A stretch of DNA of 62,910 nt, filler included, from a bacterium (GTDB lineage: Bacteria > JBBIVP01), in NCBI GenBank assembly GCA_037439705.1. It is 3 parts of 3 records of this genome, joined end to end, with 100 filler letters (N's around TTAATTAATTAA, not from the genome) between each part and the next. Parts side by side here need not be neighbours in the genome. Positions count along the whole stretch, not along the records: positions 21,545 to 42,214 come from JBBIVP010000014.1; positions 42,315 to 62,910 come from JBBIVP010000015.1; 1 more part is not named here. One strand, given 5' to 3'. Made by a program: the position numbers and the translations under genes. The notes under the pieces are model-generated. The model was not told the DNA's origin. It searched no databases and was given only the letters and a program-made list of their open reading frames with translations. Of this stretch, positions 38,294-47,644 are shown in pieces. The number at the start of each line of letters is the position of its first letter. Within the stretch, counting starts at the first letter, position 1.

Positions 38294-39297
38294 AAGAGAT
38301 TCTGAAGAAAATTTCAGCCGGGAATTCATTGAGTGAAGAAGAAATGAGGGTGCTCATGGAAAAAATAATGGAAGGAGAGCTCTCTCCAGTCCTTACATCG
38401 GGAATCCTTGTGGCTTTAGCAATGAAAGGCGAATCGGTTGATGAGATAGTGGGGGCTGTTAGGGTTATTAGGGAAAAGGCTTTTAAGTTAAATGTAGAAC
38501 TTCCAATCCTGATGGATACCTGTGGAACCGGGGGAGATGGAAAGGGAAGCTTCAATTTTTCAACTACCATTGCTTTTATTCTTGCAAGCGGAGGAATTCC
38601 GGTTGCAAAACACGGCAACAGGTCTCAGTCTTCAAAATGTGGAAGCGCGGATCTGATTGAGGAACTCGGAGTTGACATCCTTTCTCCACCCGAGAAGACA
38701 AAGGAGGGAATAGAAAAAATAAAAATTGGCTTTCTCTTTGCCCCACTCTATCATAAGGCGATGAAAAATGTTGCTGAAATAAGAAAAGAACTCGGTATAA
38801 GAACAATTTTCAACCTCATTGGACCACTTTCAAATCCTGCTTCCCCCTCCCATCAGCTCATAGGAATTTTTTCTGAAAACTTTATGGAAAAATATGCCCT
38901 GGCAATGAATAAACTGGGAATAGAAGGAATGGTGGTCCATTCTAACGGTTATGACGAATTGACAACAACAGGCGTAAACAGGTTCATCCTTGTGAAAGGT
39001 GGAAAAATTGAAGAAGGGAAAATCTCACCGGAAGAATTGGGGTTTAAAAGGGCTTCTTCAGAAGAACTCGGTGGTGGCGATGTAAAGAAAAATTTTGAGA
39101 TTTTCAGGAAAATTTTGAAGGGGGAAAAGCCCGGAGCAATCTATGAAACAACGATTTTGAATGCAGGTGCCGGATTTTTTGTTGCGGGTGTAACTTCTTC
39201 AATAGAAAAAGGGATGGAAATGACCGAAGAGCTTATTAAATCAGGAGCAGTTGAGAAAAAGGTTCTGGAATTTGTTCAGTTTTTCAAAAAAGAATAA
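38290..39297 (+). CDS. trpD: Anthranilate phosphoribosyltransferase
   Basis: DTCGTGGDG, KHGNRS, GSADL, RTIFNLIGPLSNP, GYDE. Confidence 0.97.
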   Translation: MKEILKKISAGNSLSEEEMRVLMEKIMEGELSPVLTSGILVALAMKGESVDEIVGAVRVIREKAFKLNVELPILMDTCGTGGDGKGSFNFSTTIAFILASGGIPVAKHGNRSQSSKCGSADLIEELGVDILSPPEKTKEGIEKIKIGFLFAPLYHKAMKNVAEIRKELGIRTIFNLIGPLSNPASPSHQLIGIFSENFMEKYALAMNKLGIEGMVVHSNGYDELTTTGVNRFILVKGGKIEEGKISPEELGFKRASSEELGGGDVKKNFEIFRKILKGEKPGAIYETTILNAGAGFFVAGVTSSIEKGMEMTEELIKSGAVEKKVLEFVQFFKKE

Positions 39298-40094
39298 TGA
39301 GTGAACTCTCTAAAAGGTTTTTAACAGCAGGAATTGGGATTCCTCTCCTTATCCTTTTTCTTGAACTCGGCGGTATATTTTTTACAATGCTTATGCTTTT
39401 ATTTTCCATACTTTCACTTCACGAATTTTTCAAACTTGTTGATAAAAAGGGATTCAGTGGTTTGAAAGTCCCTGCTTTCTTCATTGGAGGCTCTCTTGTC
39501 TTAATAGCCCATTTTGGAGGCTTATATCTGTTGAACCTCTCTCTGCCCATTTCATTTCTCCTTCTTTTTTTCATTTATGAAGTGAGGTCAATGGTAAGCG
39601 GTTCAATCACAAATCTTTCATTTACATTCTTTGGAATTTTTTACCTCTCTTACCTTCTGAGTTATGCAGTGCTTTTGAGAAAATATGAAACGGATGGGAA
39701 GTTTTTTCTTTATTTTTCACTTGCCATAACAATGCTCAATGATACAGGTGCATATTTTTTAGGAAAATTTTTAGGAAAACACAAACTCGCCCCATCTATA
39801 AGTCCTTCAAAAACAATTGAAGGCGTTTTTGGCGGGTTTCTTTTTGGAATTCCTTCCGGATTCCTCATAAATTATCTTTTCGGGAATTACGAAAATTTTC
39901 ACATTCTCACCCTTTCCTTTTTGATATGCTTTTTCGCCATAATAGGAGACCTTGCTGAATCCCTTCTTAAAAGGGATGCGAATTTAAAAGACAGTGGTTC
40001 TTTTTTCCCGGGTCATGGAGGGGTCCTTGACCGAATAGACAGCCTTCTTTTCACCATTCCCGTAACCTATTATTATCTCATCCTTAAAAGTTAA
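39297..40094 (+). CDS. cdsA: Phosphatidate cytidylyltransferase
   Basis: DTGAYF.G, ISPSKTIEG, GDLAESLLKR, KDSG..PGHGGVLDRIDS. Confidence 0.96.
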   Translation: MSELSKRFLTAGIGIPLLILFLELGGIFFTMLMLLFSILSLHEFFKLVDKKGFSGLKVPAFFIGGSLVLIAHFGGLYLLNLSLPISFLLLFFIYEVRSMVSGSITNLSFTFFGIFYLSYLLSYAVLLRKYETDGKFFLYFSLAITMLNDTGAYFLGKFLGKHKLAPSISPSKTIEGVFGGFLFGIPSGFLINYLFGNYENFHILTLSFLICFFAIIGDLAESLLKRDANLKDSGSFFPGHGGVLDRIDSLLFTIPVTYYYLILKS

Positions 40095-40120
40095 AAATTG
40101 CTTGAAATTTGTTTTTTACT

Positions 40121-40139
40121 TTAATAAAAATTTTATTAA
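40121..40139. promoter_or_regulatory. Perfect 9-1-9 inverted repeat, candidate operator
   Basis: TTAATAAAA-A-TTTTATTAA, located ~30 bp upstream of the DUF35 gene start. Confidence 0.35.
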
Positions 40140-40171
40140 CTATAGTATGAAAATAAAAATGGAGGTGGAAG

Positions 40172-40618
40172 ATGGCATATAAGGTTATAGAGGCAGTGGT
40201 TCCTATCTCATTTATGTACAAAAACAGGGTAGGCAGATACCTCCAGCATTATCTCAACGGGCTCAAGGAGAAAAAAATCCTCGGCTCAAAATGCTCTGGA
40301 TGCGGAAGGGTTGTAGTTCCACCCAGAAGTGCATGTGGAAGGTGTTATGGAGTTATGGATGAACTCGTTGAACTTCCTCAAGAAGGAACCCTTGTCAACT
40401 GGACTGTTGCTTATGTGAAGCAAGAGGGTGGTGAGTTTAAGAGAGGAGACCCATACATCCTTGGCATGATTAAAATTGATGGATGCGACTCCCTTCTTTC
40501 AGCAAAAATTCTTGAAGTAGACCCTCAAAAAGTAAAGAGTGAAATAAAGGTAAAAGCTATATGGAAGGAAGAGACCACAGGCGATTACACCGACCTTGTC
40601 GGTTTTGTTCCTTTATAA
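40172..40618 (+). CDS. DUF35 Zn-ribbon/OB-fold acyl-CoA-binding protein
   Basis: CSGC...PPRSACGRC, GTLVNWTV, VKAIW. Confidence 0.9.
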   Translation: MAYKVIEAVVPISFMYKNRVGRYLQHYLNGLKEKKILGSKCSGCGRVVVPPRSACGRCYGVMDELVELPQEGTLVNWTVAYVKQEGGEFKRGDPYILGMIKIDGCDSLLSAKILEVDPQKVKSEIKVKAIWKEETTGDYTDLVGFVPL

Positions 40619-40628
40619 GGAGGAAAAG

Positions 40629-41789
40629 ATGAAGAGAAGGGTGGCAATTGTAGGTTATAAACTAATTAAGAACACAAAAGCAAGTGAATGGACGAGGGAG
40701 AGAATTTATTATGAACTCTCAAAAACTCTTCTTGAGGAACTTGAAATAACAAGGGATAAAGTGGATACATTCATCTTCGCAAGCAATGACTTTTCTGATG
40801 GAAGAACAATTTCAGAGGTCTATCTCGTCCAGAGAATTGGGGCTTATATGAAGGACGAATCAAAGGTGGAGCAGGAGGCACTGAATGCCTGCCTTTATGC
40901 GTGGTTGAGAATTCAATCCGGAGAATATGATACTGCAATGGTTGGAATGGCGTCTTTGGCATCCTCTCAATTCAAACCCCTTCTCGTTCAAGCTCATGAG
41001 CTTGACCCGGTTTATGAAAGACCAAGAGGTCTTATAAACTTTTATTCAGCAGCTGCCCTTCAGGCAAGGGCATACATGGAAAGGTATAAAAACTTTCAGG
41101 AATCCCACATAGCAAAATATGCGGAAAAGGGATACAGAAATGCCCTCAAAAATCAGTTCTCCCTTCAAATTATCCCCCCTTCAGTTGAGAAGATTGAAAA
41201 CTCAGATCCGCTTTACCTTCCAATAAGGGAACTTGAGGTCGCTCCTTATGCTGATGGAAGAGGGGCTGTTCTGCTCGCCTCCGAGGAAAAAGCAAAAAAA
41301 CTTACAGATAAACCTGTATGGATTGAAGGGGTTGGCTCAATACAGGATACATACTGGATAGGAGAAAGGGATCTGGTCAAACTTGATGGTGTGAGGGAGG
41401 CAGGAAAAAGGGCGTATAAGATGGCTGGAATAAAAAATCCCATGAAGGAAATCTCTTTTGCTGAGATCCAGACCTTCTTTGCATCAGAGGAACCGGTCAT
41501 TCAGGAAGCACTCGGTCTTTTTGAAGAAGGAAGTGGAGCAGAAGTAATTGAAAAAGGTCTTTCCGAGATTAATGGTAAACTTCCCGTGAATCCATCGGGC
41601 GGGTCATTTGCTGGAAATCCAATGGGCGGAACAAGTCTCATAGGTTTAATAAATGCGGTTAAACAGCTTAGAGGGGAAGCGGATGATTTTCAGGTGAAGA
41701 AGGCAAAGAAGGCTCTTGTCCATTCGCAGGACGGAGTTTGTGCACAACACAATACAGTTATTATATTAAGCACAGGAGGAAAAAAATGA
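40629..41789 (+). CDS. SCP2-thiolase-fold protein lacking the catalytic Cys (Ltp4-like)
   Basis: ASNDFSDGRTIS, DESKVE, DGRGAVLLASE, PVNPSGG, QLRGEA; ATG at 40629 follows AAGGAGG. Confidence 0.85.
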   Translation: MKRRVAIVGYKLIKNTKASEWTRERIYYELSKTLLEELEITRDKVDTFIFASNDFSDGRTISEVYLVQRIGAYMKDESKVEQEALNACLYAWLRIQSGEYDTAMVGMASLASSQFKPLLVQAHELDPVYERPRGLINFYSAAALQARAYMERYKNFQESHIAKYAEKGYRNALKNQFSLQIIPPSVEKIENSDPLYLPIRELEVAPYADGRGAVLLASEEKAKKLTDKPVWIEGVGSIQDTYWIGERDLVKLDGVREAGKRAYKMAGIKNPMKEISFAEIQTFFASEEPVIQEALGLFEEGSGAEVIEKGLSEINGKLPVNPSGGSFAGNPMGGTSLIGLINAVKQLRGEADDFQVKKAKKALVHSQDGVCAQHNTVIILSTGGKK

Positions 41790-42214
41790 GGAGGAATGTA
41801 GCAATAATAAGCGTTGGATACAACGGAAGATTTGTTAGCAAGAGACCCGACATAAGCATCGTTGAGATGCTTGAAGCAGCAGTTAGAAATGCAATATCAA
41901 AAACGAAACTCAAACCCAATGAGATAGATGCCTTTGTTGTTGGAAACATGCACACCTTTGAAGGAGTGAACATGGGAAATCTCTGGGCATCTGAACACAT
42001 ACTTGCCTTAAACAAACCAGTTATGAGGATTGCTACAGGCGGAACAACTGGAATGTCTGTATTTCACTGCGCCTATTATCATGTGGCTTCAGGGCTCTAC
42101 GATGTTGTATGCGCAATAGGATGGGAAAAGCACGATGAAGGAGATGCACAGATTGGTCTGGGTGGAATACTTCTTCCGGAAGTATTTTCCCTCGCTCATT
42201 TCGGTCCCGACTTC
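41786..42214 (+). CDS. SCP2-thiolase-fold protein (Ltp3-like), truncated at the contig end
   Basis: SKRPDISIVEM, FEGV, KPVMRIATGGTTG, VASGLYDVV..GWEK. Confidence 0.85.
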
Positions 42215-42314
42215 NNNNNNNNNNNNNNNNNNNNNNNNNNNNNNNNNNNNNNNNNNNNTTAATTAATTAANNNNNNNNNNNNNNNNNNNNNNNNNNNNNN
42301 NNNNNNNNNNNNNN
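42215..42314. other. Artificial contig linker
   Basis: N run with TTAATTAATTAA at 42259-42270. Confidence 0.97.
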
Positions 42315-44609
42315 GCCATTCAACTCTCTTCTTTCAAGAAATTTTCTTTCATCGCCTGTCAAAAGCTTCTGCCTCAGGGATTTGTTTTCCTTCTCCAGTT
42401 CTTTGAGCCTTTTTGACATTTCCTCAATTTTCAATAATACCTCCTCACTGTGACAATGAAGTTCACTTTGAAGTTTTTTCAGGATTTTTTCAATAGAATG
42501 AAAATAGGAAATTGCACCCTCCCCTCCAACAGCCTCCACTCTCCGTACACCTGCCTGAACGCTTGATTGCGAAAGAATTTTAAATGCCTGAGCCTCAACT
42601 GTATTCTTCAAATGAGTCCCCCCGCATAGCTCTTTGCTTATTTCATCTATCTTTATGACCCTCACCACACTTCCATATTTTTCCTCAAAAAGAGCAATAG
42701 CCCCCTCCTTTATAGCGAACTCATAATCCTTTTCTTCAACAATTACCGGATGACCTTCCCCTATCCATTCATTAACAAGACTTTCAATTTTTTCTATCTC
42801 CTCCTCAGAAAGAGGTCTGTGATGACTGAAGTCAAATCTTAACCTTTCGGGAGAAACAAGAGAGCCCATCTGTCGAACATGTTTTCCCAGAACCATCCTC
42901 AAACCCGCATGAAGGAGATGCGTGAGGGTATGATGGATTGCTGTAGCTTTTCGCCTTTTTTTGTCAACCATAGCTATTACTTTCTGCCCTTTTTTCAGGA
43001 TTCCCTTTTTAATTCTAACATTGAGGTATATGAGGTCAATTACCGGTTTTTTGGCGTCCTCAACCTCTGCCTCTCCCTCTTCCCATAAAAGAATTCCTCT
43101 GTCTCCAACCTGCCCTCCTGCTTCTCCGTAAAATGGAGTGGGATTTATTATCACCTCTACCTCCTCTCCCTCAGCCAGAAATTCCTTTTCTCTTCCATTT
43201 GCACTTATGAATACCACATCGGACTCTTCCCTGAGAGAAGAGTAGCCCGTAAAAAGCGTCTTCTTTCCCCTTTCCTTTAACCTCAAATAAATATCCTTTT
43301 CTTCCTTCCAGGAAACCTTTCCGAGGCTTCTCTGTCTTTCCATAAGATGGTTAAATTTTTCTAAATCCAGAACCTTTCCATGCTCCTGAAGGAGTTCAAC
43401 TGTAACCTCTAACGGAAAACCGTATGTATCATAAAGAGTAAATGCAGTTTCTGCAGGAAATTCTTCTTCTTTCACATTCTCCATCTGTTCATAGAAAATT
43501 TTTAAGCCCCTTTCAAATGTGTCTCTGAACCTTTCTTCTTCAGCCCTTATTGACTCCTTTATAATGTCTCTTGACTCAAGAAGTTCGGGATAAGTATTAC
43601 CCATAACCTTTAAAACTTCTTCCGCCACAATCCATATAAAAGGCTCTTTTATCCCGAGAACCCTCCCGAAACGAACTGCTCGCCTCAACATCTTCCTCAA
43701 CACATATCCCCTTCCCTCATTGGAAGGAAGAATTCCATCCGCTATGAGAAAAGCGGATGCTCTTGAATGGTCAACTATTACCCTCATTGCTACATCCGAC
43801 TTTTCTTCCTCTCCGTATTTCTTTCCAGATATTTCTTCAACACTTTTCATAATATCCCTCATTATGTCTATCTCATAATTTCCATTTACTCCCTGAAGAA
43901 CTGAAGCAATCCTTTCAAGTCCCATTCCAGTATCCACACATTTTCTTGGAAGAGGTTCAAGTTTGCCAGAAGGAGTTCTGTTGAATTCCATAAATACCAG
44001 ATTCCATATTTCAAGATATCTGTCACAATCGCAGGTAGGACCGCAGGTAGGTTTTCCGCATCCTGCTGATTCACCCCTGTCCACAATTATCTCTGTGCAG
44101 GGGCCACACGGTCCTGTTTCTCCCATTGACCAGAAATTATCCTCTTCTCCGAGTTTCAGTATCCTTTCCTCTTTTACTCCTATCTCCCTTTTCCATATCC
44201 TGTAAGCCTCGTCATCATCTTTGTAAACGCTGACCCATAGGACCTCAGGAGAAATTCCACAATGTAAGGTTATCAGTTCCCACGCTAACTCAATGGCTGT
44301 TTTTTTGAAGTAATCTCCAAAGGAAAAATTGCCGAGCATCTCAAAAAATGTATGATGTCGGGCGGTTCTTCCAACCCTTTCAAAGTCGTTATGCTTTCCA
44401 CCGGCTCTCACGCACTTTTGAACCGTTGTAACCCTCTTGTGTGGAAATTCTATCTCTCCAAGAAAAATCTTTTTAAACTGGACCATTCCTGCATTTGTAA
44501 AAAGGAGGGTTGGGTCATCTGTGGGGATGAGCGAAGAACTTGGAAGTCTCTTGTGCCCCTTTTCCTCAAAAAATTTTAAAAATCTCTCCCTTATTTCATC
44601 GGTTCTCAT
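42315..44609 (-). CDS. alaS: Alanine--tRNA ligase (C-terminus cut by the contig end)
   Basis: DPTLLFTNAGMVQFK, HHTFFEMLGNFSFGDYFK, EIWNLVFM, HHTLTHLLH, ELCGGTH. Confidence 0.97.
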
Positions 44610-44645
44610 AGGAAAATTATAGAGAAAAATGAAAAATTCCTCAAA

Positions 44646-45320
44646 TTATATCTCATTCTTTAATAAATTTTCCGCAATTTTCCTGCAAAAATTTCTGGAA
44701 GGTGGACTTTTCAAAAATGGAATTTCTCCGAGAAATGGACTTTTCATAAATTCTTTGAGAAGGAATAAATTCGTTTTCTGAGCGAGGTCCCTCTTTTTTG
44801 TAAAATTATTCAGGAGCCAGCCTTTTATTTTGATTTTCCTCTGAATTATTGCATTTTCGGTAAGTATTGCATGGTTTATTGCTCCCAGTTTATTACCAAT
44901 CACTATAACCACATTTCCATTCACACTCTTAACAACATCAAGCCAATCAAATTCAAAGGAAATTGGTGAAAAAACTCCTCCCGCTCCTTCAACAATCAAA
45001 ATATCTCCTTTCTTAGCCATTTCTTTTATCAGCAAAATTAGTTCTTCTTTCTCTATTTTTTTTCCTTCCGTCTGAGAAGCGAGAACAGGGGCAAGTGGTT
45101 TTTTGAACAAAAAAGGGCATATTTCCTCTGGAGATAAAAAAGATACCTTTGAAAGCCTGTAAGCATCAGAGTTTTTATCGTATCCTGAATGCCCTGTTTC
45201 AACAGGCTTGAAAGGAATCGCTTTTATTCCAAGTTCCTTAAACCCTCTTAAAAGTATTTCACCTCCTTTTGTTTTCCCAACCCCTGTATCCGTTCCGAAA
45301 AGGAAAAAAATTCTCTCAGG
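44646..45320 (-). CDS. bioD: Dethiobiotin synthase (start codon uncertain)
   Basis: GTDTGVGKT, FKPVETG, VEGAGG, KLGAINH. Confidence 0.9.
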   Translation of the reverse strand, partial: PERIFFLFGTDTGVGKTKGGEILLRGFKELGIKAIPFKPVETGHSGYDKNSDAYRLSKVSFLSPEEICPFLFKKPLAPVLASQTEGKKIEKEELILLIKEMAKKGDILIVEGAGGVFSPISFEFDWLDVVKSVNGNVVIVIGNKLGAINHAILTENAIIQRKIKIKGWLLNNFTKKRDLAQKTNLFLLKEFMKSPFLGEIPFLKSPPSRNFCRKIAENLLKNEI

Positions 45321-46008
45321 AGGAGAACTTTTTTCTGATGAACTCCTGAAGGGCCTTCTTCCCAAGTGCTGAAATCCTCTTGAAGGCAATGCCTACGCCT
45401 GTAATAATCTGTCCCTTCAAATCCTCCTTTTCTTCTCTCACAACTTCACCAGAGACCTTTATCCTTTCCACCTTTGGTTCCAAAGGAATTTCCATTTCTA
45501 TCTCTACCTCACTTCCCAGTGGAATAGAGTCCCTTATTATCACAAAGGTTCCTGCAAGTGATATATCTCTCGTAAAACCATCAATTGTTTTTTTGGCAGT
45601 TTTTATCTTTAGGGGTAGAGACACCCCTACCCTTTCTTCTTTTCTTTCAGCTATGCCCACATATTTTTTCACCATATTGAGGATGTCCTTTTCATATACG
45701 GGTTTCTTAAGAAACTCCGTTGCTCCTGCTTTAATTGCCTCCTCTTCCTTGTTTTCAAGGGCAGTGACTATAACAACAGGAATATTCTTTAAATCGGGGT
45801 CATTTCTCATTATTCTCAACACCTCAATTCCTGTCATTCTTGGCATCTCTATGTCAAGAAAAACGAGGTCGGGCTTTTCTCTCTTTGCCTGTTTCAAAGC
45901 TTCCAACCCATCCATTGCAGAGATTATTTCGCATTCCGCCCTTTTTAAAAATGAAATTTCAAGGTCAAGAAATGCCCTTACATCATCTACTATGAGAATT
46001 TTGGGCAT
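45316..46008 (-). CDS. Response regulator receiver-PilZ domain protein
   Basis: REC: ILIVDD, FLDIEMP, VTA, KKP. PilZ: RKEER and DISLAG. Confidence 0.9.
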   Translation of the reverse strand: MPKILIVDDVRAFLDLEISFLKRAECEIISAMDGLEALKQAKREKPDLVFLDIEMPRMTGIEVLRIMRNDPDLKNIPVVIVTALENKEEEAIKAGATEFLKKPVYEKDILNMVKKYVGIAERKEERVGVSLPLKIKTAKKTIDGFTRDISLAGTFVIIRDSIPLGSEVEIEMEIPLEPKVERIKVSGEVVREEKEDLKGQIITGVGIAFKRISALGKKALQEFIRKKFSS

Positions 46009-46011
46009 CTT

Positions 46012-46422
46012 TTATTGAGCAGATACTGTTAGTTTCGTGCTATCAGAAGAACCGTTTTCAAGTGAACCCGAAACATATGCCTCAACGCCCACTTTCACCC
46101 TAACACTAACACTTGCAGTCCCATACGAATCCGTTCTTTTTTCAATATCAGTGGGATTGAACTCACCAATAAGATTTTCATTTGTAACATCATCGTTTTC
46201 AAATTCGCAATTCGTACATAAAAATCTCACCTTGAAATTATTATACCTTATTGTCTCGTCTTCGCTGTCAGCCACTATGGCGGTGACTGGAAATAACATA
46301 TCTGCAGTGGATTTTACACTTTCATCATCGGACATCTCTATTTTTGCTGTGGTTGGTGGATTGTCTGTGCAGGTGAGAAGGAAAAGTAGCCCAGAAATAG
46401 CACCAAAAAACATCTTCTTCAT
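46012..46422 (-). CDS. Hypothetical lipoprotein with a beta-rich (Ig-like) domain
   Basis: RBS AGGAG before the ATG at 46422; signal MKKMFFGAISGLLFLLTC; TDSYGTASVSV resembles Big/invasin-type repeats. Confidence 0.65.
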   Translation of the reverse strand: MKKMFFGAISGLLFLLTCTDNPPTTAKIEMSDDESVKSTADMLFPVTAIVADSEDETIRYNNFKVRFLCTNCEFENDDVTNENLIGEFNPTDIEKRTDSYGTASVSVRVKVGVEAYVSGSLENGSSDSTKLTVSAQ

Positions 46423-46435
46423 CTTTTCTCCTCCT

Positions 46436-47644
46436 TTAAAATTTTTCAATATCTTTGAGATAACTCTTATATGCATTTTTTATCTCCTCCATGGTATCAC
46501 CACCGAATTTTTCAAGAAAGGCATTACAGAGCTCATAAGCCACACAGGCACTTCCTATCACAGCACCTGCTGGAACTACAGTTACATCCGCTCTTTCAAA
46601 ATGGGCCGGTGAAGAGCTTTTTGTTTTGAGGTCAACGCCCATCAATGGCTTCCTCATGGTGGGTATCGGTTTCATATAACCTCTCACAATCACATTTTCT
46701 CCATTGGTAACTCCTCCCTCTATCCCTCCCGCATTGTTTGTCATCCTGTAAAATTTTTTCACATCCGAATATGAAAGGAAATCCCTCTTCCTTTTGACCT
46801 TCTTGAAATAAATGGTATCGTGAAATTCATGCCCCTTTAGACTGCTTCCCTTTATTCCATTTCCTATTTCAACGCCCTTCACCGAGGGAATGCTCATAAC
46901 TGCCATACTTATCCTGGCATCCATCCTTCTGTCCCACTCGGTATAACTTCCAAGTCCAGGTGGGACATTTTTTGCTCTTACTTCAAAAACTCCACCAAGG
47001 GAATATCCTTCTTTTTTTGCCCTGTCCACCTCTTCCTTCATTTTTTCTTCAGCCTCTCTGTCAAGGCAGTAAAAAAATGTGGATTCAAGCCTTTTGAGCA
47101 ATTCTTCATAACTGATGTTTTCAACATAGGGTTTGGAGGCAGTAATTCCACCTATGGAAAGAACATGAAAATGGCATTCAATTCCAAAGTTCATAAGAAA
47201 AACTTTTGAAAGAGCTCCTGCTACAACCCTCGCAACAGTTGTTCTTGCGGATGCCCTTTCAAGGATATCCCTCATATCCTTTGTAAGGAACTTCATCGCT
47301 CCTGCAAAATCAGCGTGCCCTGGACGGGGAGAAGTAAATTCTTTTCCACTTTTTATATCTTCAAAAGGAGAGAGAGAATCCTTGAAATTTTCCCACTCAG
47401 AATTTCGAACAATAAAGGATATGGGAGAACCCATTGTCACTCCGCCCCTTATTCCAGAAAGAAATTCTACCTCGTCTTTTTCCCTTTTCATTCTTTCACT
47501 TCTCCCGTAACCACCTCTTCTCAACAAAAGTTCCCTCCTTATAAAATCATAGGATATCTTTACCCCTCTCGGAAAATTTTCAATGATTCCAACGATTGCC
47601 TTTCCATGCGATTCACCAGCAGTAAGAAACCTCAGCCTACTCAC
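46436..47644 (-). CDS. aroC: Chorismate synthase
   Basis: TAGESHG, PRPGHAD, ERASAR, NNAGGIEGG, MKPIPT, ERAD. Confidence 0.97.
   Translation of the reverse strand: MSRLRFLTAGESHGKAIVGIIENFPRGVKISYDFIRRELLLRRGGYGRSERMKREKDEVEFLSGIRGGVTMGSPISFIVRNSEWENFKDSLSPFEDIKSGKEFTSPRPGHADFAGAMKFLTKDMRDILERASARTTVARVVAGALSKVFLMNFGIECHFHVLSIGGITASKPYVENISYEELLKRLESTFFYCLDREAEEKMKEEVDRAKKEGYSLGGVFEVRAKNVPPGLGSYTEWDRRMDARISMAVMSIPSVKGVEIGNGIKGSSLKGHEFHDTIYFKKVKRKRDFLSYSDVKKFYRMTNNAGGIEGGVTNGENVIVRGYMKPIPTMRKPLMGVDLKTKSSSPAHFERADVTVVPAGAVIGSACVAYELCNAFLEKFGGDTMEEIKNAYKSYLKDIEKF

Noticed and set aside
37586-38329. 247-aa minus-strand ORF
   Set aside because: Antisense shadow of trpG with no recognisable motifs.
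45380-46612. Plus-strand ORFs of 212 and 191 aa
   Set aside because: Antisense shadows of the REC-PilZ, lipoprotein and aroC genes.
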